Assembly: GCA_034678405.1 (NCBI GenBank)
Contig: JAXDBW010000011.1
Span: forward strand, 1-63,847
Reading direction: 5' to 3'
Length of the DNA: 63,847 nt
Origin: Patescibacteria group bacterium
GTDB lineage: Bacteria; Patescibacteriota; Patescibacteriia; UBA10025; JAHIVO01
A program made the position numbers and the translations under genes. Positions 52,839 to 60,494 of this stretch are shown piece after piece (position 1 is the stretch's first letter; every line of letters begins with the position of its first letter). The notes beneath the pieces were generated by a model. That model was not told where the DNA came from and ran no database searches. It saw nothing but the letters and a program-made list of their open reading frames with translations.

Positions 52839-54449
52839 ATGCCTTCATCAGTTAGTCATTCTTATATTACTGATCTCGTGGCGCTTCGTCCAGTCGACGA
52901 GGAGTCGCTCAGGACAGTCAAACGTGATTTGGCGACTAAACATCGCACCACGATTTTTGCGAATGCAGATATCCTGAAGGTATATCGTGAGGTGGTGGCT
53001 GAAGCTGATCGGGACCCTGCATTACTGAAAGTACTCCGCAAACGAGACGTGCGGACATTGTCCGGTATCGCGCCGGTCACGGTCCTGACGAAGCCCTATC
53101 CCTGTCCAGGCCGGTGTGCCTACTGTCCGACTGAGGCTCGCATGCCGAAAAGCTACATCGCCTCGGAGCCAGCCGCCCAGCGCGCCCTCAAACTACAGTT
53201 TGATCCCTATGAGCAAATGGCCCGGCGGATTGAAGCATTCGAGGCAAACGGACATAGTGCGGATAAAATTGAACTCATTGTACTTGGTGGTACGTGGTCA
53301 TACTATGACGAGGAATATCAAGAAACGTTTATCAAGGGCCTTTTCGATGCGGCTAATGGATTTGCGTCTGACACGCTCGAGGAAGCTCAGACGAAGAACG
53401 AGACGGCCCAACACCGTATCATCGGCCTGACGCTTGAGACCCGGCCGGATTATGTAACGAAGGAGGAGCTCTGGCGGATGCGGCGGTATGGGTGTACGCA
53501 TGTGCAGATTGGCGTGCAGACGCTTGATCAGCAGGTATTGGATTTGATCAAACGGGATGATACCGTGGCTAACATTGCTCGGGCGACCGCCATGCTGCGT
53601 GATTTTGGGTTTAAGGTGACGTATCATCTCATGCCAGGCTTGCCCGGCGCCACACCCGAGGGGGACTATCAGGTATTTAAAAAAGTATTTAGCGATCCTG
53701 GGTTTCAGCCGGACATGCTGAAGATTTATCCCACCGTAGTGGTTAAAAGCGCGCAGATTTATCAGTGGTTTCAGGAGGGGAAATACAAACCATATGAAGG
53801 TGAGCAATTGATCGAGCTGCTGGCGCGGATAAAGAAAGATATCATCCCGCCCTATGTCCGGATCAATCGCTTGATCCGGGATATTCCCGGCGATGAAATA
53901 GAGGGGGGCAATCTCGTGACCAACCTGCGGCAGATCATGCACCAGCGTGGCATCACGTGTCAGTGTATCCGCTGTCGCGAAGTCCGTGATGCTGTGCCGG
54001 AGTCCGAGGCCGAGCTGGTGGAGCGGACCTATCGAGCGGGCCAGGGCACAGAGCATTTCCTTAGTTTCGAAAACGCAGACAAGTCAAAGCTGTATGCGTT
54101 TACGCGATTGCGGTTGCCTGATATGAAGCATCGTAAAACACAAAAGCTAGAGGTCATCCGCTTTTTCGACAAGCAAAAAATTACCATGACCGGCAATGAA
54201 CTGGCGTTTTCTCCAGATACGGCGCTGATCCGAGAATTACATACCTATGGGGAGCTTATCCCGGTCGGATCCGGGCGCTCAGCCACGCAGCACATCGGTT
54301 TTGGCAAGCGGCTGATGGCTCGCGCTGAGGAGATAGCCCGTGAGCACGGATATGCCCGATTGGCTGTGATTTCGGGAATTGGCGTGCGGGATTATTATCG
54401 AAAATTAGGGTATACGCTCCAGGATACCTACATGGTGAAGGAATTATAG
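52839..54449 (+). CDS. Elp3-family radical SAM/GNAT tRNA wobble-uridine modification enzyme
   Basis: CPGRCAYCP radical SAM cluster motif, Elp3 core, and a C-terminal GNAT domain (QHIGFGKRLMARAEEIAREHGY). Confidence 0.88.
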   Translation: MPSSVSHSYITDLVALRPVDEESLRTVKRDLATKHRTTIFANADILKVYREVVAEADRDPALLKVLRKRDVRTLSGIAPVTVLTKPYPCPGRCAYCPTEARMPKSYIASEPAAQRALKLQFDPYEQMARRIEAFEANGHSADKIELIVLGGTWSYYDEEYQETFIKGLFDAANGFASDTLEEAQTKNETAQHRIIGLTLETRPDYVTKEELWRMRRYGCTHVQIGVQTLDQQVLDLIKRDDTVANIARATAMLRDFGFKVTYHLMPGLPGATPEGDYQVFKKVFSDPGFQPDMLKIYPTVVVKSAQIYQWFQEGKYKPYEGEQLIELLARIKKDIIPPYVRINRLIRDIPGDEIEGGNLVTNLRQIMHQRGITCQCIRCREVRDAVPESEAELVERTYRAGQGTEHFLSFENADKSKLYAFTRLRLPDMKHRKTQKLEVIRFFDKQKITMTGNELAFSPDTALIRELHTYGELIPVGSGRSATQHIGFGKRLMARAEEIAREHGYARLAVISGIGVRDYYRKLGYTLQDTYMVKEL

Positions 54450-54491
54450 TAAGTTTTTTAGCTACTTTTCTTGTCCGCAAGAAAAGTAGTA

Positions 54492-54720
54492 CACCTGCCC
54501 GCCATCGCTACGCTCAGGCGGGGCAAGGCGGGAAAGAACTCCCGCCAAGACAAAGAAATTAACCCGCACAGGCTCGTCGTCCTTTCGCGATGTAACTCGC
54601 TTTTCGTCCAGCTTCGCCGGGCTCATACGCTCGAACATGCATCGCGATCCGCCAGAGGCGGACCATGCCTCCTCACTCCGTGTGCGCCCGCCCCGCCAGA
54701 CCGGCAGGTCGGGCTGGGTA
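54492..54720. other. GC-rich, hairpin-dense non-coding block of unknown nature
   Basis: Hairpins GGCGGGA-AAGAAC-TCCCGCC (54528-54547) and CCGCC-AGA-GGCGG (54650-54662). An 8-bp pairing TCGCGATG/CATCGCGA (54586-54593 with 54640-54647). Flanked by AT-rich DNA, with no convincing ORF. Confidence 0.3.
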
Positions 54721-54802
54721 ACATTTCTTTGTGATTGGCGGATTTTTAGATTTCATAAGTGCTTATGTTAGCCAAAAATTGCTTATTGATAAGTGTCACC
54801 TC

Positions 54803-54831
54803 TTGACTTTTTGCCAGAGGGGGTGTATGAT
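54803..54831 (+). promoter_or_regulatory. Sigma-70-type promoter for the 55025 gene
   Basis: TTGACT (54803-54808), 17-bp spacer, TATGAT (54826-54831). Predicts a leader of about 190 nt. Confidence 0.6.
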
Positions 54832-55024
54832 GCTAGGTTACATTTTTTGTCTTCAATCACTATTTTTGCCAGTGCTTGTTTGACTGCTGAGGAGAGAGAG
54901 TATCAGCAGCAGCCAGATTGGCACCAAAAATACATTGAAAAAACACTGTAGGTTGGGACGGTCATAACAAGCCGATCTGGTAGTCCGCAAACAACCACAG
55001 TGCAAACTTTTTGAAGGAGGTCAC

Positions 55025-56272
55025 GTGAAAACACGTAACCTAGTCTTTCTCGTCGTCCTGGTCGCCCTCTGCGCGATCGGTACCAACGCCTACAACAGAC
55101 AGTGGAACCCCATCAACATCGGGGATCCGATCACCGGCGTCACGCTGTCGCCCAGTGACAGTGTGTATCTCGAAGGCTACCGGCATCTCAGCCACGAGCG
55201 GCAAATCGCACTGGCATGGCTTCATGTGAAGGGACGGAACAGCTACTCGTATCCGAATCCCGACCTCGTCATGCCGGGAGACACGCTGCTCATCCCGCTG
55301 GGCAACTACTATGTTGCACGGTCGGGCGGTACGGATCACATGTGGAACGCCGCAGCGTTGTTTGTGGCGAAAATCGTGCGTCCGTATCTCGACGGTGTGC
55401 TGCCGGTTGTAGTGCCAACGCCGACGGTCGACTCGTCTACTGTCAGTGATACCATGGCCGCCGTGAACACTCATGATGGTTTGCGTATCCCGTGGTGGGG
55501 GTATGTGCTTCTGGGCCTGATTCTCCTTGGCATCGCGCTGTTTGCCTGGTACAACAGTCGCAGTCAGCGGCACAATGAGGAGACGGCTACGTCAGAGCGC
55601 GAGCAGTATGAGCGGAGCCTGAAATTCGTTCCGGATCCGCCGAGCTTCAAGAAAGCCGCCGACGACGAAGTCGTCCGTACGGCTGACGAAGCGGCTAAGC
55701 GCGCGTTTGGTCGCGGCGTCCAGGTCATCGGACCGGTCGAGCGGGGCTACATCAGCGGCGAACAGCAGATGTTCAATGCCAATGGTACTCATCGCTTTGA
55801 AACCTTCGCCAATGAGCCTGGATACCGGGCTCGGGTTCGCTTCGCGAACGGAACCGAACGGTTGGTGGTGTGCCGCTGGGCATGCTTCAACCCGGTGTAC
55901 AGCTTGGCAGACGCCGAGTTCACTGGCACCTTCCGTCCGGAAGGGAGCAGTGTGGCTCAGGAGATCCCTCGGATCTCCGGTATGCAGACCTCCATGCTGT
56001 ACAATTCGATTAACGGCAGTGAGCGGGAGTTCACCGCAGATGATCTGCCGGACACGACCGACGGGCATTCTCAGGAAGCCTCGAAACCGGCGACCACGTC
56101 CTCGACCCCGGGAAAACACAGCTTCACGAAGCTGATGGTTTCGAAGGAGAAGGGACTGACGGCAGAGGGAGACATTCAGCTCAGTACGAACGAGCTGTAC
56201 AACGTCCTCTATCAGGTCACCGGGCGTCACCCGAACGACCTGAAGAAGGGCAACAAGCCTTCGAACAAGTAG
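55025..56272 (+). CDS. Hypothetical bitopic membrane protein (orphan)
   Basis: GTG start 5 nt after GGAGG. Signal peptide, a LysM-like stretch (LVMPGDTLLIPLG), a mid-protein TM helix (WWGYVLLGLILLGIALFAWY) and a C-terminal domain of unknown function. Confidence 0.6.
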   Translation: MKTRNLVFLVVLVALCAIGTNAYNRQWNPINIGDPITGVTLSPSDSVYLEGYRHLSHERQIALAWLHVKGRNSYSYPNPDLVMPGDTLLIPLGNYYVARSGGTDHMWNAAALFVAKIVRPYLDGVLPVVVPTPTVDSSTVSDTMAAVNTHDGLRIPWWGYVLLGLILLGIALFAWYNSRSQRHNEETATSEREQYERSLKFVPDPPSFKKAADDEVVRTADEAAKRAFGRGVQVIGPVERGYISGEQQMFNANGTHRFETFANEPGYRARVRFANGTERLVVCRWACFNPVYSLADAEFTGTFRPEGSSVAQEIPRISGMQTSMLYNSINGSEREFTADDLPDTTDGHSQEASKPATTSSTPGKHSFTKLMVSKEKGLTAEGDIQLSTNELYNVLYQVTGRHPNDLKKGNKPSNK

Positions 56273-56311
56273 CACCTTTGGTCAGTTGATTCATGAGAAT
56301 CACTGATCACC

Positions 56312-56347
56312 CCGCCTATACGACTAGTTCGTGTAGGCGGTTTTTTT
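56312..56347 (+). terminator. Intrinsic terminator
   Basis: CCGCCTATACGAC...GTTCGTGTAGGCGG hairpin followed by T7. Confidence 0.8.
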
Positions 56348-56351
56348 ATTC

Positions 56352-56388
56352 AAGAAAAGGAAAAGCGCAGACTCGGGCGAGTCTGCGC
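56352..56388 (-). terminator. Intrinsic terminator of the minus-strand Fe-S enzyme gene
   Basis: GCGCAGACTC-GGGC-GAGTCTGCGC hairpin, followed on the minus strand by TTTTCCTTTTC. Confidence 0.75.
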
Positions 56389-56416
56389 TTAGGAAAGAGC
56401 TGTTGCGGAAGTAGTA

Positions 56417-57535
56417 TTATGCCAGCGGATTACCGACGGCATCGCCGATCAAGTCGCACATGCGACAGGCGACACAGCCCGCCCGATCGGTAGAGGTCAT
56501 GCCAGCCCGTCGCATCTGGTCGGCTGTGTAGTGCAGAACACTGAGGAATTCGGCCCAGTCGGCCTGTGCAGCGAAGGGATACCCGGGGATGTCCTCAAAC
56601 GTCCGCCCGGCTAGCGGGGAGGGGATGACCCCGTAGCTGATAGCGGTGTCAATACCCTCCTTGAGAGAGTCGATCGGCTCCGTCCCGACGACGAAACACG
56701 ACGACACCCGGCCGCGACCAAATACCTCGACTCCGCGCTGGAATGCGTCGAGATACTGAGTGCGGGGACAGAGATTATCCTTGCCGGGGAGGGTACTCCG
56801 GCGAATGGTCGGAGCCCAGCATTCCAGATTCATCATCAGGCTGGCGGCTCCCGCCTCGGCCAGCCGATTGATCCAGCGGAGATCTTCAGGCGGCGTGATT
56901 TCGATGGCAATCGGCAACTGCGGGAACCGCTTGGCGATGACCGTCACGACCGGTACCATGAGCTCCATGCCCCGCCCAGCGTGCAGCGTCATGCCGCCAT
57001 TCAGGGTGAGGCCACCGTACTGGTCCAGGGGAATGCGCTCAAGCGCGGCGATGATGAGTTCCGGTTTTTTTCTGATCAGCCGTGGGTCACGGTTCGGCAG
57101 GGAGCGGTTAATCACGCAGAAGGTGCACTGCGTACCATGGCTGAAGAGCGTGCAGTCTTCGTAGATTGAGCCAGCCAGCTGGCGATTGTGTGCGGTGAGG
57201 ATCTGTGTGATGGGAAACCCGAGCACCTGTCGGTCATACCAATCCGGTGCCGGCAGTACCGTCGCGGTGGTCAGCGTCAGGCTGGCTAGCTGGATAGCGA
57301 TCCGGTTATCGGCCTGGTGTACTGCGGTGAGCACGGTCGGTCGGCTGTGGTAGATGGGCGCATTGACGTAGAGGCCACTGGCCAGTCGCATTTTGCCGCC
57401 GGAGCTGAGGCCTCCTCGTTTGATGCCATGAGGGTTTTGGGCGGCGAAGAGCGCCGCAGTGGCGTCATCCACAGCCATGCCCTCACAGAGCAGCTGTGCT
57501 TTTACGCGCAGTTCAGGGAGTGACACAGTATTCAT
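56417..57535 (-). CDS. Radical-SAM-like Fe-S enzyme with a non-canonical CX8CX2C motif and a C-terminal CxxCxxC motif
   Basis: Start moved to ATG 57535 (AAGGAG 7 nt upstream; MNTVSLPELRV...). Contains ...YEDCTLFSHGTQCTFCVINRS... and a TIM-barrel-like alternating pattern. The C-terminus has GCVACRMCD. Confidence 0.55.
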   Translation of the reverse strand: MNTVSLPELRVKAQLLCEGMAVDDATAALFAAQNPHGIKRGGLSSGGKMRLASGLYVNAPIYHSRPTVLTAVHQADNRIAIQLASLTLTTATVLPAPDWYDRQVLGFPITQILTAHNRQLAGSIYEDCTLFSHGTQCTFCVINRSLPNRDPRLIRKKPELIIAALERIPLDQYGGLTLNGGMTLHAGRGMELMVPVVTVIAKRFPQLPIAIEITPPEDLRWINRLAEAGAASLMMNLECWAPTIRRSTLPGKDNLCPRTQYLDAFQRGVEVFGRGRVSSCFVVGTEPIDSLKEGIDTAISYGVIPSPLAGRTFEDIPGYPFAAQADWAEFLSVLHYTADQMRRAGMTSTDRAGCVACRMCDLIGDAVGNPLA

Positions 57536-57650
57536 GCGAATACTCCTTTTAGTAAATAGTGATGATGGCAACCCACAGTATGGGCCTGTCGATCGGATGA
57601 TTCCGATCGAGCCGTTTGTGAAGGAACAATTGTACGTATTGATCAATGAA

Positions 57651-57815
57651 CAAATACAAAAACACCTCTTCTGAACGAAGAGGCGCGTGGGAAATCGCTA
57701 TACTATGCTAGACCATGTTTGTGTCCACGCGTACAGAGACCCCTTCGTCAGAAGCGGTTGCATGACCACCATGATGGCAGTTGGAGTTCTGTTGTCGCAG
57801 ATATATATTCATAGC
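57651..57815 (-). promoter_or_regulatory. Leader with terminator/antiterminator alternative structures (candidate riboswitch or attenuator)
   Basis: Minus-strand terminator CCTCTTC-GTTCA-GAAGAGG plus UGUUUUUGUAUUUG (57651-57683). The upstream segment GAAGGGG (within 57740-57757) can pair with the terminator 5' arm. There is an additional 7-bp helix, 57684-57690 with 57725-57731. Confidence 0.45.
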
Positions 57816-57821
57816 AACAGC

Positions 57822-57880
57822 ATTCTACAGCAGGAGCCACGCTCTGTCAAATTGACAAACAATATCGAATAGTTTAGGAT
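57822..57880. promoter_or_regulatory. Back-to-back divergent consensus promoters sharing the palindrome TGTCAA-A-TTGACA
   Basis: Minus strand: TTGACA (57845-57850), 17 bp, TAGAAT (57822-57827). Plus strand: TTGACA (57852-57857), 17 bp, TAGGAT (57875-57880). Confidence 0.6.
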
Positions 57881-58096
57881 AGCGATATGAGACATATATC
57901 TAACATTTCCTGGCAAAAAATAAGTCGCCGCTAGCGAAGTAGGTTTTCTATTGTCATGAAAACGCTACTCCCGCCCAGGGCGATTTTTTATTTGTCCTTA
58001 TCTTATTATCTATGGAATTTCAGTTCAAAACCAAAGCAACATTTTTCTGGCGATAGGTCGTCAGTAGCGTTTTTATTCACTCAATCACATATATCT

Positions 58097-59392
58097 ATGA
58101 ACCCAATAACCTTATCGGCACGCGAGGTGCCGACCCACTACTACAATATCCTCGCTGATTTACCCGTCGCGCCCGCGCCACCCCTGCATCCGGGTACGAA
58201 AGAGCCACTCGATCCATCAGCTCTGCTTGGATTGTTTCCGAAGGCACTCGTGGAACAAGAAACTAGTACTGAGCGGAAGATTGAAATTCCTGACGACGTG
58301 CGGACACTCTACCAGCGCTATCGTCCGACACCACTCTATCGGGCTGACCGGCTTGAGCGTGTGCTCGATACACCGGCTCGTATTTATTACAAATACGAGG
58401 GCGCGTCTCTGACCGGCAGCCACAAGCTCAATACCGCTCTGGCTCAGGCCTACTACAATAAGCAGGAGGGCATCACCACCCTGACGACGGAGACGGGCGC
58501 GGGGCAGTGGGGGATGGCGCTGTCGCTCGCGGCAAAACTATTCGGCATGGAGGCGCTCGTGTACTATGTCCGGCTGCATTTCCAGCAGAAACCATATCGA
58601 GTGAGCTATATGCGGATGCTGGGTGCGCAGGTACTCGCCTCACCAAGTCGTCAGACGAAGATCGGGCGGCAGTATCTCACGCAGGATCCAAATCATCCAG
58701 GCAGTCTCGGTATCGCCATCAGCGAAGCGATGGAGGCAGTCCAGGACGAACACACGAAGTACTCACTCGGTAGCGTGCTCAATCACGTACTCCTACATCA
58801 GACGGTGATTGGCCAGGAAGCGATGCGGCAAATGGAAAAAGCCGACGCCTATCCTGACGTCATCTATGGGTGCTTCGGCGGGGGGAGTAATCTCGCAGGC
58901 ATCAGTCTACCGTTTATCGGACAGAGCATTCGACAGAAACGACTAGTCCGAGTCGTGGCAGTGGAGCCGGAGAGTTGTCCCACCCTTTCCCAGGGGAAGT
59001 ATGATTATGACTTCGGGGATACCGCGGCTACTACACCGCTGCTCAAAATGTACTCGCTTGGTGCTGACTTCATTCCGCCGCGGATCCAGGCTGGCGGGCT
59101 TCGGTACCATGGGGCAGCTCCGCTGATCAGTCATCTCGTAGATCAGGGATACATTGAGCACGAAGCCGTTTCTCAAACGGCAGTCATGGAAGCGGCTCAG
59201 CAGTTTGTCCAAGCTGAGGGGATCCTCCCTGCTCCCGAGTCGGCGCACGCCATCCAGGCAGCGATCGACGAGGCACGTCGGTGCCAGGAATCAGGCGAAG
59301 CGAAAACAATCCTGATTAACATCTCAGGCCACGGATTTCTTGACTTGGGTGGGTATCAGGAGTTTCTCGAGGGAAAACTGGTAGTAAAGTAG
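58097..59392 (+). CDS. TrpB2-type (TrpB-like) PLP-dependent enzyme
   Basis: Start moved to ATG 58097 (MNPITLSAREVPTHYYNILADLP). YRPTPLYRADRLE...YYKYEGASLTGSHKLNTA...ETGAGQWG matches the tryptophan synthase beta-2 family. Confidence 0.88.
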   Translation: MNPITLSAREVPTHYYNILADLPVAPAPPLHPGTKEPLDPSALLGLFPKALVEQETSTERKIEIPDDVRTLYQRYRPTPLYRADRLERVLDTPARIYYKYEGASLTGSHKLNTALAQAYYNKQEGITTLTTETGAGQWGMALSLAAKLFGMEALVYYVRLHFQQKPYRVSYMRMLGAQVLASPSRQTKIGRQYLTQDPNHPGSLGIAISEAMEAVQDEHTKYSLGSVLNHVLLHQTVIGQEAMRQMEKADAYPDVIYGCFGGGSNLAGISLPFIGQSIRQKRLVRVVAVEPESCPTLSQGKYDYDFGDTAATTPLLKMYSLGADFIPPRIQAGGLRYHGAAPLISHLVDQGYIEHEAVSQTAVMEAAQQFVQAEGILPAPESAHAIQAAIDEARRCQESGEAKTILINISGHGFLDLGGYQEFLEGKLVVK

Positions 59393-59409
59393 TCCTGTCG
59401 TTATCTTGG

Positions 59410-59444
59410 ACAATAACGCCTCCCTTCATGGGAGGTGTTATTGT
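59410..59444. terminator. Bidirectional 15-bp hairpin between convergent genes
   Basis: ACAATAACGCCTCCC-TTCAT-GGGAGGTGTTATTGT. Confidence 0.6.
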
Positions 59445-59983
59445 TATATCAATTTATGCCAGTTAGCCTCGTACTCGGCAAATCGTTTCTCAAATTCACT
59501 GCGGGGGGTGAGTGGGATCTGCAGCTCCTTCAGTTTTTCGTGCAGCATCGTCAGAGCGGTCGGTCGCTCATCCGGCGTACACATTTTCTCGAGCTCGATG
59601 ATTTTGCCATACCCTTTCGTATCGTCCAGCGAGACATTGATCCCGTCCCAGTCAAACTGCATCCGGTGGCGGAGCCATTTGATTTTGACCCGATGTCCCA
59701 GGGTAAGAAATATTTTCAATACCTTATCGAAATCATGCTGGTTGAACTGGACCTCGGTTTCTTCGCGCGCATCGTCGTGAATGTCTCCCGATTTCATCCA
59801 CATCTTCGCCGTATACTTTCCCCGCTGGAGCCGGACATCTTCGTCGTTATGCAGGTAGATGGTTTCCTGCTCATCCTCGGTGAGGAGGTCGGCATGTTTC
59901 GTAAAAAACTCAAGCAGGCGTTTATATTGTTCATCATCGATGAAGCTGCGGATCTCTACTTCGATGTTTTTTTCAGTTGTCAC
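59444..59983 (-). CDS. CYTH-domain protein (class IV adenylate cyclase / triphosphatase family)
   Basis: N-terminal IEVEIRSF (ExExK-like) with acidic/basic strands typical of the CYTH tunnel fold. 4-nt overlap with the upstream HAD gene. Confidence 0.7.
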   Translation of the reverse strand: MTTEKNIEVEIRSFIDDEQYKRLLEFFTKHADLLTEDEQETIYLHNDEDVRLQRGKYTAKMWMKSGDIHDDAREETEVQFNQHDFDKVLKIFLTLGHRVKIKWLRHRMQFDWDGINVSLDDTKGYGKIIELEKMCTPDERPTALTMLHEKLKELQIPLTPRSEFEKRFAEYEANWHKLI

Positions 59984-60432
59984 AATGAGTCTAGTAATGA
60001 TGAGATGATAGGTATAACTTCCGCAAGTGTATGTACTGTGTAGCTCGGCTGTTCTTGGTTATTTTCAGGGAGCTCAGTTGCAAATTTCCCCCGCTGTATC
60101 CAGATGGTGGTGGCGCCAAACGTATTTCCATAGGTAATTTCCCGCTTGATACGATCACCAATCACGATCCACTCTTTCGCTGGCCATCTGCTTTGGATAT
60201 CGTCGAAGGTCGCCTGCGATTTATGCGCGGTCACAATGATGTGATCAAAAAAAGGGTCTAGGCCGAGTCGGGTAATAAGTTCGCGCCGTCCCGGTCCCGC
60301 CGCACTGACTAGAAATATGCGGGTCTCCTCATGCCGGCACGCATCGAGCAGGGCGAGGGCATCTGGGTGAAGCGTGTCGACGCCTGGGTCATAGAGCGTA
60401 CGATTGAAATCGATGATGATGCCGGTCTGCAT
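59980..60432 (-). CDS. HAD-like hydrolase with variant motif I (DFNRT)
   Basis: IIIDFNRTLYD, LVSAAG and VIGDRIKREI motifs. Confidence 0.65.
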   Translation of the reverse strand: MQTGIIIDFNRTLYDPGVDTLHPDALALLDACRHEETRIFLVSAAGPGRRELITRLGLDPFFDHIIVTAHKSQATFDDIQSRWPAKEWIVIGDRIKREITYGNTFGATTIWIQRGKFATELPENNQEQPSYTVHTLAEVIPIISSLLDSL

Positions 60433-60494
60433 ATACTCTCAGCATTCCATGAAAGAGTCTTTATGTAAAGTATGTGATTTGGTATACTTTGTTA

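Noticed and set aside
54471-54734. 87-aa plus-strand ORF in the GC-rich spacer.
   Set aside because: The translation is R/A/P-rich with no RBS, and the open frame is expected by chance in GC-rich DNA. The region is reported as an unexplained structured block instead.
57536-57646. 37-codon upstream extension of the Fe-S enzyme ORF. The 47-codon extension of the TrpB2 ORF (57956-58096) is treated the same way.
   Set aside because: The internal ATGs have an AAGGAG RBS (57535) or match the conserved TrpB2 N-terminus (58097). The extensions fall in structured leader sequence.
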